DNA of 63,445 nucleotides, filler included, from Octopus bimaculoides (GCF_001194135.2; 5 parts of 4 records of this genome joined end to end with filler, not necessarily neighbours in it), one strand, 5' to 3'. Counted from the first letter of the whole stretch, positions 12,800-26,820 are shown. Translations and numbers: made by a program. The notes: generated from the letters alone by a model not told the origin.

Positions 12800-14330
12800 C
12801 AATGTTCTTCAGTGTTGTTGTGAGCCAATAAATTTATTCCAGGTTCTCTTAATATGGATTGCTACATTGATTCCATATTTTCCCTCAACATTTCATAAAG
12901 CATTTTAAAGTCGACCAGTTTATTATTGTGCACAATTGTTATTTTACCTGTTTGCTTTTTTGCAATACAAAATGATAAAACTTTTAGTCTGAACAATGTA
13001 AAAGTAAGACATCAGTGAAGGAAAATATATCGCTAAATAATTCTAATAAACAAAAAATCAGGGCCTTTTAAATTGGGGAATACAAATGCAGTTTTTTTTA
13101 ATAGCTTCATTGCACGCTTCAAGATTCTCGTAAATGCCTTCAAAAGGCAGACTAGGAAATTACAATTTTCTTTTGCATTATTAATGAAATGAAGCGAGTA
13201 ATTTCATCTTTTTTAACAATATTATTTAACTCATTGGCTATTTTGAGTGATTTTGTAAGAAACGTACCCAATCCATTTGTAGAAAAAAATATCTTGCACT
13301 CTTTTATAGCAGAGCATGCTTGGTGAAAGAACTAAATTTCCTACATGAGCACAACAATAACTGAAGATTGCACATTCATGATTCTCCTTTACATTCGACT
13401 GCAGACTATTGTCCTGCCTCTATAGTGGCACCATCATAGGTTTGTGCAATTAATTTATTTTCACTCTTCCACGTGCGAACGCATTTAAAAACATGTTCAG
13501 ATGAAGCATTTTCTGAACGGTTAAAAATAAATAAATCGTTCTTTAGCAACACATCTTCTGCAAAATAGCGCAAAACAGTTAACAGTTGTGAATAATTCGA
13601 AATATCGGACGTTTCATCTACAAGAATATCAAGAAATTGAGCTTGCTTAAATTCATTTTCTATTTACTTCAATATTACTTTCTTTAATTGTATCACTCAG
13701 GTCATGTTGAATTCTATTTGAAAGACATGTGAAAATATACTGTGTCTTTTTTTGCCGATTTTTCATCACACTGATTAAATATAAAAGTTTCTTACCCTCC
13801 CGTAATTATCAGATGGTTCGGACTTGATATGACCACGATATGATAATTCATGGTGATCTAAAAAAATAACTGCAACAATAAATCATCGCAAAATAGCACT
13901 GTTTCGCTTAACGTTTTCATTATGCTGTTGTATGCTCAGTCTTTTTATGTGCATCTAAATGTAAGTCTATGCGAACATTTCTAAATGTTTTAAGATCGAT
14001 CCGGATTTTATGTCTTTGAGAACGTTTATATTTTAGCATGATCTGATGTAGATTATTTAAATCATTGTAACCTTTATCATTCCAAATAATTATTTTTCCT
14101 AAACTATATAACAAGTTTACCAGCAAAATAACTTATTTAGCTAAGCATTTCCAGTTAAGCATTTTTTTTCCTTTCATATATAATAGTTTGAAACTGTTTA
14201 ACACATATTTTATTGGAGCCTTGCAAATTAGATAATTTTGGCATTGGGCTGTCATAATTTATTATTAATTGCTTCTCTTAAAGTTTTTTTTTTCTGGAGA
14301 AACTAGTTTTCAAAAGTTCTACAACACACA
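12800..14330 (-). mobile_element. Decayed hAT transposase of the ZMYM1-like type
   Basis: GYNDLNNL...FRNVRIDLHL (13920-14126); DETSDISNYSQLLTVLRY and KLIAQTYDGA motifs at ~13420-13630. Confidence 0.8.
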
Positions 14331-14495
14331 GTTTAGTCATTTGGGTTAATATTTCTAAAGTTCAAAAGATATTCAAGAAACAAATAAAAGTGGCAACGTT
14401 TTGATGCGACTGTATGTGTGTGAGTGTATGTAAATTGTGTGTGAGTGTGAATGTATGTGAGTTGTGTGTGTGTATGTGTGTGTGAGTTGTGTGAG

Positions 14496-14549
<54 letters not shown>

Positions 14550-14899
14550 TTTCTATGAAATAAAAGGAATTACTCTAAAGGATAACTTGAGTAAAGGAAA
14601 GATAATATTAGTAAATCAAAAAGGTTTAATTAGTTAACAATAGTAACAAAAGAAAAATAACAGTATATTTTTCTTTCAAACGTTACATATCAAACATATG
14701 ATATCAACCGTTAAATAAATATGTGCTTCCCGAGTGAATTTTCTTCTACAGTCGGCAATGCTTGTATGCTTCTGGTCACTGAATCTCACAGAGTTTTTTT
14801 GGGTTAAATGGGTTAAATTATCACTATTTTTAGCGATTTTTCACGTGTTTCACACGGGATCGATCTACCAACGCTTTTTGCCATTCAGCTATTGCTTTT

Positions 14900-15800
14900 A
14901 GGTCAATCGACTATTTAGTGGTATCAGATACAAATAAATAGCAGAGGGATATTGATGCATGCAGAGAGCACGGTGAAGCTACATGTATTTTAGGAACTGC
15001 ATACCTTTCAATAATATGTAATGGTATGCAATGACATCACAGTGAAAGGGAATTTTTTTATGGTTACATTAATGCAAATATATTGGTTGCATCTAAGACA
15101 AAAGAACATTGTTGTTCAATAGCATCAATAGCTTGGATAAGTTTTTTTCTTTATTTCATTTCTCACACGAATTAACTACTATTTTCAACGATTGTACATG
15201 CAAATAAATCAATGACCATGCAATCCACGGTCATACAAAGTAAGACTTGCATACCCAGAATGATACCACTGATATACTGTCCTCCTGCCTTTTGGTGTGA
15301 CAACATAAACGTTCAAATGGCCTTCGACTTTTTTCCTCGCTTTCTTCTTTGCCATTCTTTGCTACTACTGTTCCAAGTGAAACACATGGATACTTCAGCA
15401 TGAAGTAATGTTTTTGCAAAGTCATCATTGATGCACAATGAGAGGAATTTTCTCATATGTCACTCATTAACAGCCATATATATTGTGATAATTTCTAAGC
15501 AATATTCTTTGTTCATCTGGTAGATGAACCTGCAGTCTCACTATTGTAGGTGCTCTTTCATGAACTGAAAATCCTAAAATGGATGCAGCTGCTTCGGATG
15601 GTCCAATATACCTACCCATTAGACATTGACTAATTTCGTTATCATAGCAGCTTGGTCATTTCCTTTCAGTGTGTACTGGATGACGCATTTAATTGACTTC
15701 ACTGAGGCAACGATTTCAACGTTGCAGTGGCATTTGAATGTTCTTAAAAGAGTCTCATTATAAGGTACAACCCATTTGTTTTTCCATTCTTATGAGATTC
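14900..15800 (-). mobile_element. Helitron RepHel fragment (Rep motif 3 and downstream linker)
   Basis: NKWVVPYNETLLRTFKCHCNVEIVASVKSIKCVIQYTLKGNDQAA, then GRYIGPSEAASILGFSVHER.PTIVRLQVHLP across frameshifts. Confidence 0.85.
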
Positions 15801-15841
15801 AACTCCAACCATTGCAACTGATCATCGTCTATAAAGAGATA

Positions 15842-15907
<66 letters not shown>

Positions 15908-16574
15908 NNNNNNNNNNNNNNNNNNNNNNNNNNNNNNNNNNNNNNNNNNNNNNNNNNNNNNNNNNNNNNNNNNNNNNNNNNNNNNNNNNNNNNNNNNNNN
16001 NNNNNNNNNNNNNNNNNNNNNNNNNNNNNNNNNNNNNNNNNNNNNNNNNNNNNNNNNNNNNNNNNNNNNNNNNNNNNNNNNNNNNNNNNNNNNNNNNNNN
16101 NNNNNNNNNNNNNNNNNNNNNNNNNNNNNNNNNNNNNNNNNNNNNNNNNNNNNNNNNNNNNNNNNNNNNNNNNNNNNNNNNNNNNNNNNNNNNNNNNNNN
16201 NNNNNNNNNNNNNNNNNNNNNNNNNNNNNNNNNNNNNNNNNNNNNNNNNNNNNNNNNNNNNNNNNNNNNNNNNNNNNNNNNNNNNNNNNNGTGTGCGCGT
16301 GTGTGTGTAGTGAGAGAGAAGAGAGACGCAGTAATTCATTCATATTAGATATATTACAGATACATATTCAAGTTGCATGGTAAAATTAGCCCTTTAGAGT
16401 TATTTTTAGAGCTTGAAAGATTCAGCAATTGATCAAGGCTATAATGCAGATTATGCAATAATGTTTATACAATGGGAAAATGATTATACATAGCAAAGCA
16501 AACAAACATATAATCTACTAGCATGAAGCATATGTGTATATTCCACCACATCTAATCTTGAGACATGGCATTAA

Positions 16575-16734
16575 GTAGATGGAAGCTTGTTTTTGCGTTC
16601 AAGTGTATCTTATAACAGTAATTACAATAACCCAAGTAATTATAATAAGTTTAATAATGCCTGTAGTAATAATTGCGCTCCTAGCTGCTCCAACAACGAT
16701 ATTTATCATAGTAATTACTGCAATAATTCTAATT

Positions 16735-16801
<67 letters not shown>

Positions 16802-16815
16802 TAATAATACTAATA

Positions 16816-16859
<44 letters not shown>

Positions 16860-16911
16860 AATAATAATAATAATAATAATTATTATTATTATCATTATTA
16901 TTATTAATATT

Positions 16912-16980
<69 letters not shown>
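16575..16980. repeat. Compound (AAT)n-(GAT)n-(ATT)n microsatellite
   Basis: Directly visible, including an inverted (AAT)n/(ATT)n junction. Confidence 0.9.
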
Positions 16981-17121
16981 CAGTGTCATTAGAAACAGCT
17001 AGAATACTTAAGAGAGTTCTTAGCATTTAAGGTTACTTGTTGGAGGCCGATCTTAGGAATTTTTCTTTCCCAGCAGTCTAATGTGTTATGCGTATATAAA
17101 ATAATAATAATAATGATGATG

Positions 17122-17168
<47 letters not shown>
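16981..17168 (+). mobile_element. Very short 3' end of the R4/Dong family seen at 9752-10176, with (AAT)n tail
   Basis: ETARILKRVLSI* plus a 3' UTR similar to ~10070-10176. Microsatellite on both sides. Confidence 0.75.
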
Positions 17169-17169
<1 letters not shown>

Positions 17170-17170
<1 letters not shown>

Positions 17171-17705
17171 AAAGCCTTTCCACCAGAAATTACCAAAAAC
17201 ATGTAAGAAATACAAGTAACTGCAGAATATGTGGAGATGGATAAAAAACAATAAATCATATTGTCTCTGGTTGCCCAGTCCTGGCTAAGAAGGAATTTAT
17301 TCACAGACACGACTGAGTTGGGACCTATATATACTGGAAGTTATGTCAACATCATGGAATAACAACACAAAAAAGATGGTATAGGCATACACCAGAAAAG
17401 GTCACAGAAAACGAGAAAGCACCCATACTCAGGGATATGCCAATACACACAGATAAAGAAATTATGGTCAATAAGCCGGATATAGTTGTCAGAGATCACC
17501 AAGAAAAAAAATGCTTTCTAATCGATGTATCAATACCAAGAGATGTTGGTAGAAACTTTCAAAATACAAAAATCTGGCAATAGAGGTAACTCGAAACATT
17601 TCCTACCATAGTAGGTGTATTAAGTATGATAAAAAAATATTCAGACAAATACATAACAAAAACGTCAGGACTAACAAGTATATATAACATGCAGAAAATA
17701 GCAGG
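17170..17705 (+). mobile_element. R4/Dong-like RLE LINE fragment (family of 123-339)
   Basis: CRICGDG*KTINHIVSGCPVLAKKEFIHRHD...NKPDIVVRDHQEKKCFLIDVSIP. ~17636-17700 matches ~123-190. Confidence 0.9.
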
Positions 17706-17826
17706 GAAATTAAGAGAAGTGAGGGGCTCAGAAAGTCGTGACCAGTCCGGTCGAAGCCATTGCGAAAAAGAATGACACCACCTCAGGCAATCCCAGATCA
17801 GGTGATAGTGGGAGGAGGGTAACAGA

Positions 17827-17965
<139 letters not shown>

Positions 17966-18784
17966 AATAGCATATAAAAGAAAGAGACAGAGTGGCACAA
18001 AAATATTCCAAGAATATATATGATTAGAATTTTTTTTTAAAGTTATTAACTATTTAACAGGAATTTCTTTGATTGAACAGAATGTCGCCTTTGTGAGAGA
18101 GATTCGTATATAATGTGTATGTTATGTCGCGAGTGTATTTTTTTTCTGTACGCGCTTTCGCTTTCCAACTATTCAAACACATGTTCCGGGCTAATGCATA
18201 AAGAGGAAGTTGATTTTTTTGCAACACTACGAAAAAAAAATATATATAAATAGACAAATAAATACATAAATAAATAAATAATAACAAATTATTTCTTTAT
18301 GCATTAGCCCGGAACACATGTGATTGAAATGTTGAAAAACGAAAGAGCTTACTCTCAAAATACACACAAGACATAATATACACATTATATACGAACAAAA
18401 GCTCATATATATATATATATATACATACATATATATATACATATATATATACGTATATATATATACATATATATTTACATATATATATATATGTATACGT
18501 TTGTATGTATATATATATTAGATATATATGAATACATATATATACATATATATACATATATGTATACATATATATATATATATGTATGTATGTATGTATA
18601 GTAAACAAACAAGAAATGGATTGCTCAAATCTCTGTGAGTACCGCTAGACTATCAAGGCCAGTTGAATGACAAAGAATACTTTGTTTCGGAGTCATCTGT
18701 AAGCTAAATCTACGCGGGCGTTCTTCCAGGTTAACATGCCCAGATCTCTTTGATCCTCATCGCATTCAATTGTGTGTGTGTGTG

Positions 18785-18832
<48 letters not shown>

Positions 18833-18882
18833 NNNNNNNNNNNNNNNNNNNNNNNNNNNNNNTTCAATTGTGTGTGTGTGTG

Positions 18883-18920
<38 letters not shown>

Positions 18921-19329
18921 TGTGTGTGTGTGTGATGGGTAAGAATACTTCAAAATGACGTATAATACTTAGTAGATATGAATATAACCTAAAACTTCAT
19001 ACTCTAATGTCACACAGATAAAACAGAGGAGGATCTGAGTAGCTCTTCATTGTGGTTCATTCCGCATAGGGACATAAATCTCCAGGGAGGTCAAATTCGA
19101 AACTGACAAATAAGAGAATGGAAAACAGCTAATCCTTGACAGGTGATTCTATGATTTGCCGTTCAGTAAGTGCCGTAATGTGCATTGTGTTTAAATGAGG
19201 CACGTTGCTGTGAGCGAAAATATAAGAAATGACACAAGTTTAAATTATATGAACCCTCACCTCACTCTACCTTAATCCTCCTCTCTCTTATTTGTGAAGT
19301 TCGAGTATGAATTCTCCGGGTGTTTCCCC

Positions 19330-19366
<37 letters not shown>

Positions 19367-20233
19367 NNNNNNNNNNNNNNNNNNNNNNNNNNNNNNNNNN
19401 NNNNNNNNNNNNNNNNNNNNNNNNNNNNNNNNNNNNNNNNNNNNNNNNNNNNNNNNNNNNNNNNNNNNNNNNNNNNNNNNNNNNNNNNNNNNNNNNNNNN
19501 NNNNNNNNNNNNNNNTATATGTATATATATATATATAGGTTAAGCTACAACGAAGGGCTACTCGAAATCTCCTCTTTTATCCGTGTGAAATTAGAGTATG
19601 AACCTTCAGGTTTTATATCTGTCTATGAAGAATTACTTTCCTGATTTTCTTACTAATCAGTTTAATTTATATATGTTTCTACTCATTTCTGTGTAACTAT
19701 ATTATAAATTATTTTAATACCGTTGACAACCGCATTACACACACACGCATATGTATATATATGTATATATGTGTGTGTGTGTATGTATGTATATATGTGT
19801 GTATATGTATATATATATATATATTTCTGCGTGAGTTAGAGGTTGAGAAACCAACTAAGGAATAGTACCTATCCAATGTACTGCTGGTAATGTACCCATT
19901 TATTCATTGTCAGGTGCTAGTTATTGCATGGCAATCTCGCAATTGAGTATCATATCTGGGCGGGGGTAAAAGAGTAATTTACCCACGATTTATACGGCAA
20001 ATAAGAAAACGGAGAGGATATATATATATATTTGCTCAGTTACTCATTTGTTTCTATATACTTATATGTATTCACACCCTTGTCTATGCAGTTACCAGCT
20101 TTTTACAATCGTTAATCAGTATGACTCATACATGTAAGTGTATTCATCCTTTACAATTGAATAAATAGACATACTTGAATGTTTACTGGCTGATGTCTGT
20201 CGATTTTATATCCTCGCCGTTTTCTTATTTGCC

Positions 20234-20264
<31 letters not shown>

Positions 20265-21043
20265 NNNNNNNNNNNNNNNNNNNNNNNNNNNNNNNNNNNN
20301 NNNNNNNNNNNNNNNNNNNNNNNNNNNNNNNNNNNNNNNNNNNNNNNNNNNNNNNNNNNNNNNNNNNNNNNNNNNNNNNNNNNNNNNNNNNNNNNNNNNN
20401 NNNNNNNNNNNNNNNNNNNNNNNNNNNNNNNNNNNNNNNNNNNNNNNNNNNNNNNNNNNNNNNNNNNNNNNNNNNNNNNNNNNNNNNNNNNNNNNNNNNN
20501 NNNNNNNNNNNNNNNNNNNNNNNNNNNNNNNNNNNNNNNNNNNNNNNNNNNNNNNNNNNNNNNNNNNNNNNNNNNNNNNNNNNNNNNNNNNNNNNNNNNN
20601 NNNNNNNNNNNNNNNNNNNNNNNNNNNNNNNNNNNNNNNNNNNNNNNNNNNNNNNNNNNNNNNNNNNNNNNNNNNNNNNNNNNNNNNNNNNNNNNNNNNN
20701 NNNNNNNNNNNNNNNNNNNNNNNNNNNNNNNNNNNNNNNNNNNNNNNNNNNNNNNNNNNNNNNNNNNNNNNNNNNNNNNNNNNNNNNNNNNNNNNNNNNN
20801 NNNNNNNNNNNNNNNNNNNNNNNNNNNNNNNNNNNNNNNNNNNNNNNNNNNNNNNNNNNNNNNNNNNNNNNNNNNNNNNNNNNNNNNNNNNNNNNNNNNN
20901 NNNNNNNNNNNNNNNNNNNNNNNNNNNNNNNNNNNNNNNNNNNNNNNNNNNNNNNNNNNNNNNNNNNNNNNNNNNNNNNNNNNNNNNNNNNNNNNNNNNN
21001 NNNNNNNNNNNNNNNNNNNNNNNNNNNNNNNNNNNNNNNNNNN

Positions 21044-21097
<54 letters not shown>

Positions 21098-22261
21098 TCT
21101 TTTATCTTTACTTGTTTCAGCCATACTGGAGCACCGTTCTGACCATGTGTGTATGTGCCTGTGTTTACGTATACTGGTGTAAAATGATGCAGCGAATTCT
21201 ATTTTATCATTTAATCAACAGAGATCGTTAACATGCTTCGGTGCAGTACTTGACATTTTAATTCAATAAGTTATTTAAAGCTTTACAAATATAATTTTTA
21301 TTACTAGACCAAGTGAACTAATCCTAATAAGGGGGACATAATTTATCCCGCGTGACAACAAATAGCTATTCATTCCATTGATGTTGGAAATGAAATAGAG
21401 TCGTTAATGGCTAAATCTGAATGAATAATCTTTTTAAAAAGATGTTCATCCTGAATGGTGTGCTATTCAGTTGTTGAAATTTTTACTAGTAGCTTTAGCC
21501 AAACTGTAAACAATTGCATTAAATTATATAATTAATCTGTATTAATCTTTCCTACTCCTCAAAAATTACAGTATATATATATATATATATATATATANNN
21601 NNNNNNNNNNNNNNNNNNNNNNNNNNNNNNNNNNNNNNNNNNNNNNNNNNNNNNNNNNNNNNNNNNNNNNNNNNNNNNNNNNNNNNNNNNNNNNNNNNNN
21701 NNNNNNNNNNNNNNNNNNNNNNNNNNNNNNNNNNNNNNNNNNNNNNNNNNNNNNNNNNNNNNNNNNNNNNNNNNNNNNNNNNNNNNNNNNNNNNNNNNNN
21801 NNNNNNNNNNNNNNNNNNNNNNNNNNNNNNNNNNNNNNNNNNNNNNNNNNNNNNNNNNNNNNNNNNNNNNNNNNNNNNNNNNNNNNNNNNNNNNNNNNNN
21901 NNNNNNNNNNNNNNNNNNNNNNNNNNNNNNNNNNNNNNNNNNNNNNNNNNNNNNNNNNNNNNNNNNNNNNNNNNNNNNNNNNNNNNNNNNNNNNNNNNNN
22001 NNNNNNNNNNNNNNNNNNNNNNNNNNNNNNNNNNNNNNNNNNNNNNNNNNNNNNNNNNNNNNNNNNNNNNNNNNNNNNNNNNNNNNNNNNNNNNNNNNNN
22101 NNNNNNNNNNNNNNNNNNNNNNNNNNNNNNNNNNNNNNNNNNNNNNNNNNNNNNNNNNNNNNNNNNNNNNNNNNNNNNNNNNNNNNNNNNNNNNNNNNNN
22201 NNNNNNNNNNNNNNNNNNNNNNNNNNNNNNNNNNNNNNATATATATATATATATATATAAA

Positions 22262-23947
22262 TGTATGTATGTACGTATGTCAGGTCGGTCTTGTGTGCTA
22301 CTGGTAACATGTAATCCAGTACAACCTGTCACATGGTCAGGTTGTCGGCGACTAAACTGGCAGCCCCACCAGGCTTGCTTGGTGAGAAGAGTGTTGATCG
22401 ACACCCTGCGGGATGTAAAAATAAGACCTGTCAAAGGAGGGGGGGATACGAGGACAGACAAAACAAACGTTGGGGTCAGGGGATCGAATGAGACGAAACG
22501 TATGAATAAACAAACAATTAAAATATATTAAATGAGAATGATTGATTTACAAAAAATGAAGCGGAGGACGCGGTCGACCCCACAAACCACATACTCACAC
22601 TGAAGACTTTACTTTGTCCTTTTTTGGTTCTCGTTTAGACAGGTTCTTTCACTCGCAATATACTTGCTACAGACTTCCATCTTTTACGAAATACTTTGCG
22701 ACAGGCATTTCTTCTCCAGCCTTATTTTCCGTTTCATGTGAAAACGAAAAAGTTGATTAGCTCGAGACTGGAGATGAACGTGTCTCTTACAATTCCTTTC
22801 ACTCTCGTCTTCCATACTACCTCTTTCGCAAAGGAAACTACCGAGAGAAAACAGGCTCGCTCTTCCCTATTCAGGGAGGGCGGCGGAACGATCTTAATTA
22901 AAGATTCGCTCGACAGTTGTACTCTTCTAGAATGCGACAGCAGGTATTCGACATAAGCCCAGAGTTCAGTCACTTTGGGGCATTGCACAATCGCGTGCTC
23001 GCATCTTGCACAAACCGGCGAAGGCGCTCACCCATGTCTAAAGAGTTTATCTCGAACCAGTAAAACTCCTCTGTAACATTGCCAGGCCACGGACTTTTGG
23101 TAATTATCCATAGGTCCCAGCCAAAATGTCCTTTGAAATAGGTTGGCCAGTTGATCTTCTTCGAAGCCTAGGTTTTCTCCCAGGACGTCGTTACCCTTGA
23201 ACTCTACTAACTCTCTATAGAAGAACGAGGTAGTACCCCGCCACCGGCGTTGCCTGACTGGGAGAGAAGCACGAGTGCCTGAGGGCACTCTGCATGCCAC
23301 ACGCCCAACCTCGGTCTACACTTGATCCATGGGTCCAGTTCGGTAAACGATGTGAATTGTGGAAATAACAGCAATAATTGACAAACGGAGACCCCCACCT
23401 ACTCACCGTACAGGTAAAGCCAGAGGTACCTAAACCTCAGCGCATGTCTGCGCAATTTTAGCCACGGCATCCCTAGCCCATTCAGCGGCTTTTGGCAGCA
23501 GATAGATCGCCTTGCAATAAGTCTGCTTCCCCTCCACAAAAAGCGAAAGAGCATGCGTACCAGCTTGTTCAGCCACGAATCAGTGCAAGGCACGACGGTC
23601 AGGTGGTAGGTGATTACAGAGGTGATAAGCACCGCTGCAACCTCCACTCTCCCTTTCAAGGACAGCCTCCGCTCAGACCAGGTCTGAGCTAGGAGAGCTA
23701 CCTTGCTCGCTACCTCGCTCCAGTTCTTCTCTATCTGGAGATCTAGACGGAACCATACTCCAAGCATACATATGTATGTCCAACGTCCAACGTCCCACGA
23801 CGCTGTCGGAGGGCATCCAGGTGCCGAGTTGCAAGCCGACCGATTTATCCCGCTTGATTTTCGTTCCTGCCACCGCTTCGTAATCCTTTAAGGTCTCACC
23901 TACCCACTGTAGGTGCTCGACCCAGGATACGATGACGGTGATGTCGT
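22262..23947 (-). mobile_element. 5'-truncated Tx1/L1-clade LINE (RT C-terminal half, downstream domain, 3' UTR)
   Basis: DITVIVS...YEAVAGTKIKRDKSVGLQLGTW; LGVWF...RRLSLKGRVEVA...FRFLWRG...GLGMP. The 3' end abuts (TATG/TA)n. Confidence 0.9.
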
Positions 23948-23988
23948 TCAACAAAATGTCTGTAAATATGTATATATCTTTTTTTATA

Positions 23989-24023
<35 letters not shown>

Positions 24024-24124
24024 TTATTTATTGCATATCTTTTACTTTTTATATTCATATATAATTCTTATTTACATTTGCAAATCACATATCGTACCTT
24101 TCTTTTTTTTCTTTTATGAATGAG

Positions 24125-24625
24125 CTACTCCGCGTCGGTCACCGGAGTGATATTTGATCAGTTTATAGAGTGTTTCAGAAATAAAACCTGAGGCCTTAGA
24201 AGTTCCTGGTTTTGTCAATTTTCATATCACACCGGCGAAAGTCTTCTTGGGCCAATAGGTGGGGGTAGTGCAGTGCAAGCTACACCCACTGAAAATTATT
24301 CATCTGCACAGGTACTTCCTGTACTCCAAATTTTAGTAAAATCATTCAATTGGCTGGTTGGCAGAAACCTAAAAGTGCACTTGTAACTTACTCTAAAATG
24401 TCTCAAACAAATTCAGTAAATGGCAAAAAAGGCTTGGGAACGTCAGAGGAACAGATCTGGCTCGGTAGGTGTCCCAGTGTATGACAGGCTGGACCCGGTC
24501 GTCATCCTACCACTGTGGTCAAACAATCTTCAAGAAAAAGTAAAAATAAACATCCTTTGAAATTCGGTTACTGGAATGTGCGCACACTTCTTGATGATAA
24601 TTTCAACAAGAGGCATACATGTATG
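24125..24625 (+). mobile_element. 5' UTR and start of the APE-endonuclease ORF of an RTE-like LINE, 3'-truncated
   Basis: KHPLKFGYWNVRTLLDD (~24550-24600) matches the APE N-terminal 'L.iGtWNVRtL' motif. 5' boundary approximate. Confidence 0.7.
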
Positions 24626-24729
24626 CATTTGTATTTATGTTTGTGCGTGTATAAGGCAGATAATGGGCGCACGCATGTGTTTATGTGCGTATGTGACTGA
24701 TCCTACCCATTTTAAACATGCATGACAAC

Positions 24730-24770
<41 letters not shown>

Positions 24771-25859
24771 NNNNNNNNNNNNNNNNNNNNNNNNNNNNNN
24801 NNNNNNNNNNNNNNNNNNNNNNNNNNNNNNNNNNNNNNNNNNNNNNNNNNNNNNNNNNNNNNNNNNNNNNNNNNNNNNNNNNNNNNNNNNNNNNNNNNNN
24901 NNNNNNNNNNNNNNNNNNNNNNNNNNNNNNNNNNNNNNNNNNNNNNNNNNNNNNNNNNNNNNNNNNNNNNNNNNNNNNNNNNNNNNNNNNNNNNNNNNNN
25001 NNNNNNNNNNNNNNNNNNNNNNNNNNNNNNNNNNNNNNNNNNNNNNNNNNNNNNNNNNNNNNNNNNNNNNNNNNNNNNNNNNNNNNNNNNNNNNNNNNNN
25101 NNNNNNNNNNNNNNNNNNNNNNNNNNNNNNNNNNNNNNNNNNNNNNNNNNNNNNNNNNNNNNNNNNNNNNNNNNNNNNNNNNNNNNNNNNNNNNNNNNNN
25201 NNNNNNNNNNNNNNNNNNNNNNNNNNNNNNNNNNNNNNNNNNNNNNNNNNNNNNNNNNNNNNNNNNNNNNNNNNNNNNNNNNNNNNNNNNNNNNNNNNNN
25301 NNNNNNNNNNNNNNNNNNNNNNNNNNNNNNNNNNNNNNNNNNNNNNNNNNNNNNNNNNNNNNNNNNNNNNNNNNNNNNNNNNNNNNNNNNNNNNNNNNNN
25401 NNNNNNNNNNNNNNNNNNNNNNNNNNNNNNNNNNNNNNNNNNNNNNNNNNNNNNNNNNNNNNNNNNNNNNNNNNNNNNNNNNNNNNNNNNNNNNNNNNNN
25501 NNNNNNNNNNNNNNNNNNNNNNNNNNNNNNNNNNNNNNNNNNNNNNNNNNNNNNNNNNNNNNNNNNNNNNNNNNNNNNNNNNNNNNNNNNNNNNNNNNNN
25601 NNNNNNNNNNNNNNNNNNNNNNNNNNNNNNNNNNNNNNNNNNNNNNNNNNNNNNNNNNNNNNNNNNNNNNTACATATATATATATATATACATATATATA
25701 CATATACATATACATAAATATACATATATATACATATACATATACATAAATATACATATATATATATACATATATATACATATACATATATAATAGCCGA
25801 TGTACCTTGCAATGCCTTCGTATCTGATCGAAACTTCGGAAACTTTGGCATACAAAATA

Positions 25860-26820
25860 TATGAGCAAGGAATTAAGACCCCTGTCTATTAACGCTGATG
25901 TGGGAATAACGGCAAAATGGTCCTGTTCACTTACATACTAATTACAAAGCCTCAGGTTAAGCAATATTGCTGGTTTTGACAATCAGTGTCCACAACACAA
26001 AGCTGATCGTATGAAAAGGCAGGATCTATTAGGTTCAGTGCAACAACTTTCAATAGTTGTTCTTGAAATGTATTGATAGTGAAAGTGAAACTGCATGACA
26101 GGAAATTGGCTTTGAATTTTTAATAGAAAATGAGTTCACTTTAATGGTATTCTGGGAATGAATCGACTGCCAACAGCAAATTTTCTTACCATGATTGTAA
26201 CCTCTAGGATATGAGTCATCATATGTAAGAGAGTAAATTTTGTGCTATTGCCAGTTTTTAGAGGATCTAGCTTACGAATTTGTGTAATTACTGTTACAAG
26301 CTTAATATTAATTTCAGTAGTGAAAGTAGGGTTCATGCTGGTTCGAAACTGTTCAGAAAATTCAGTTGGGTTATTTACAACTTAATCCTGCAAAGTAACT
26401 GTATCACTTGATTCGTAGCATCATTTTTTATGGGCTCCATATCCAGAAGTTCTCTATTGATTTCGCACACAGCCACATATTTTGATGCGGGGGCTTGCTC
26501 GTTTGCAGAGACATTTTCGATCATATTGTCCGATTTGATAACTAGGAAGCATGGATAACCAATATTTGTTGTGCCAATATCTCTGAACAACAGAATTTGG
26601 TCGCTTTCAAGAAGTCCAAACTTAGCAACAAGATTATAACAAGTGAAATGCCTTCACATATTGATTGTAAGGTTCGGTCGTTGAACATGGAGCCAGAGAT
26701 AAGAAGGTTTTACACAAGCATTTAATTGATTGGCACGACTGAGCAAAAGTAATGATAAATCTTCCTGTTGTACATGTGGTTTCCATCAGACCCTGCATTT
26801 TCCGATCTAAGAAACAAGCG
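25860..26820 (-). mobile_element. Helitron PIF1-like helicase C-terminal fragment
   Basis: IRKLDPLKTGNSTKF...THILEVTIM..KFAVG..FIPRIPL (ORF 26136-26336), followed by a QFPV.F.FTIN-like motif. Confidence 0.8.

Noticed and set aside
18764-18900. Direct duplication TTCAATTG(TG)n flanking a short gap; similar at ~58560-58700
   Set aside because: Typical unmerged contig overlap, an assembly artefact.
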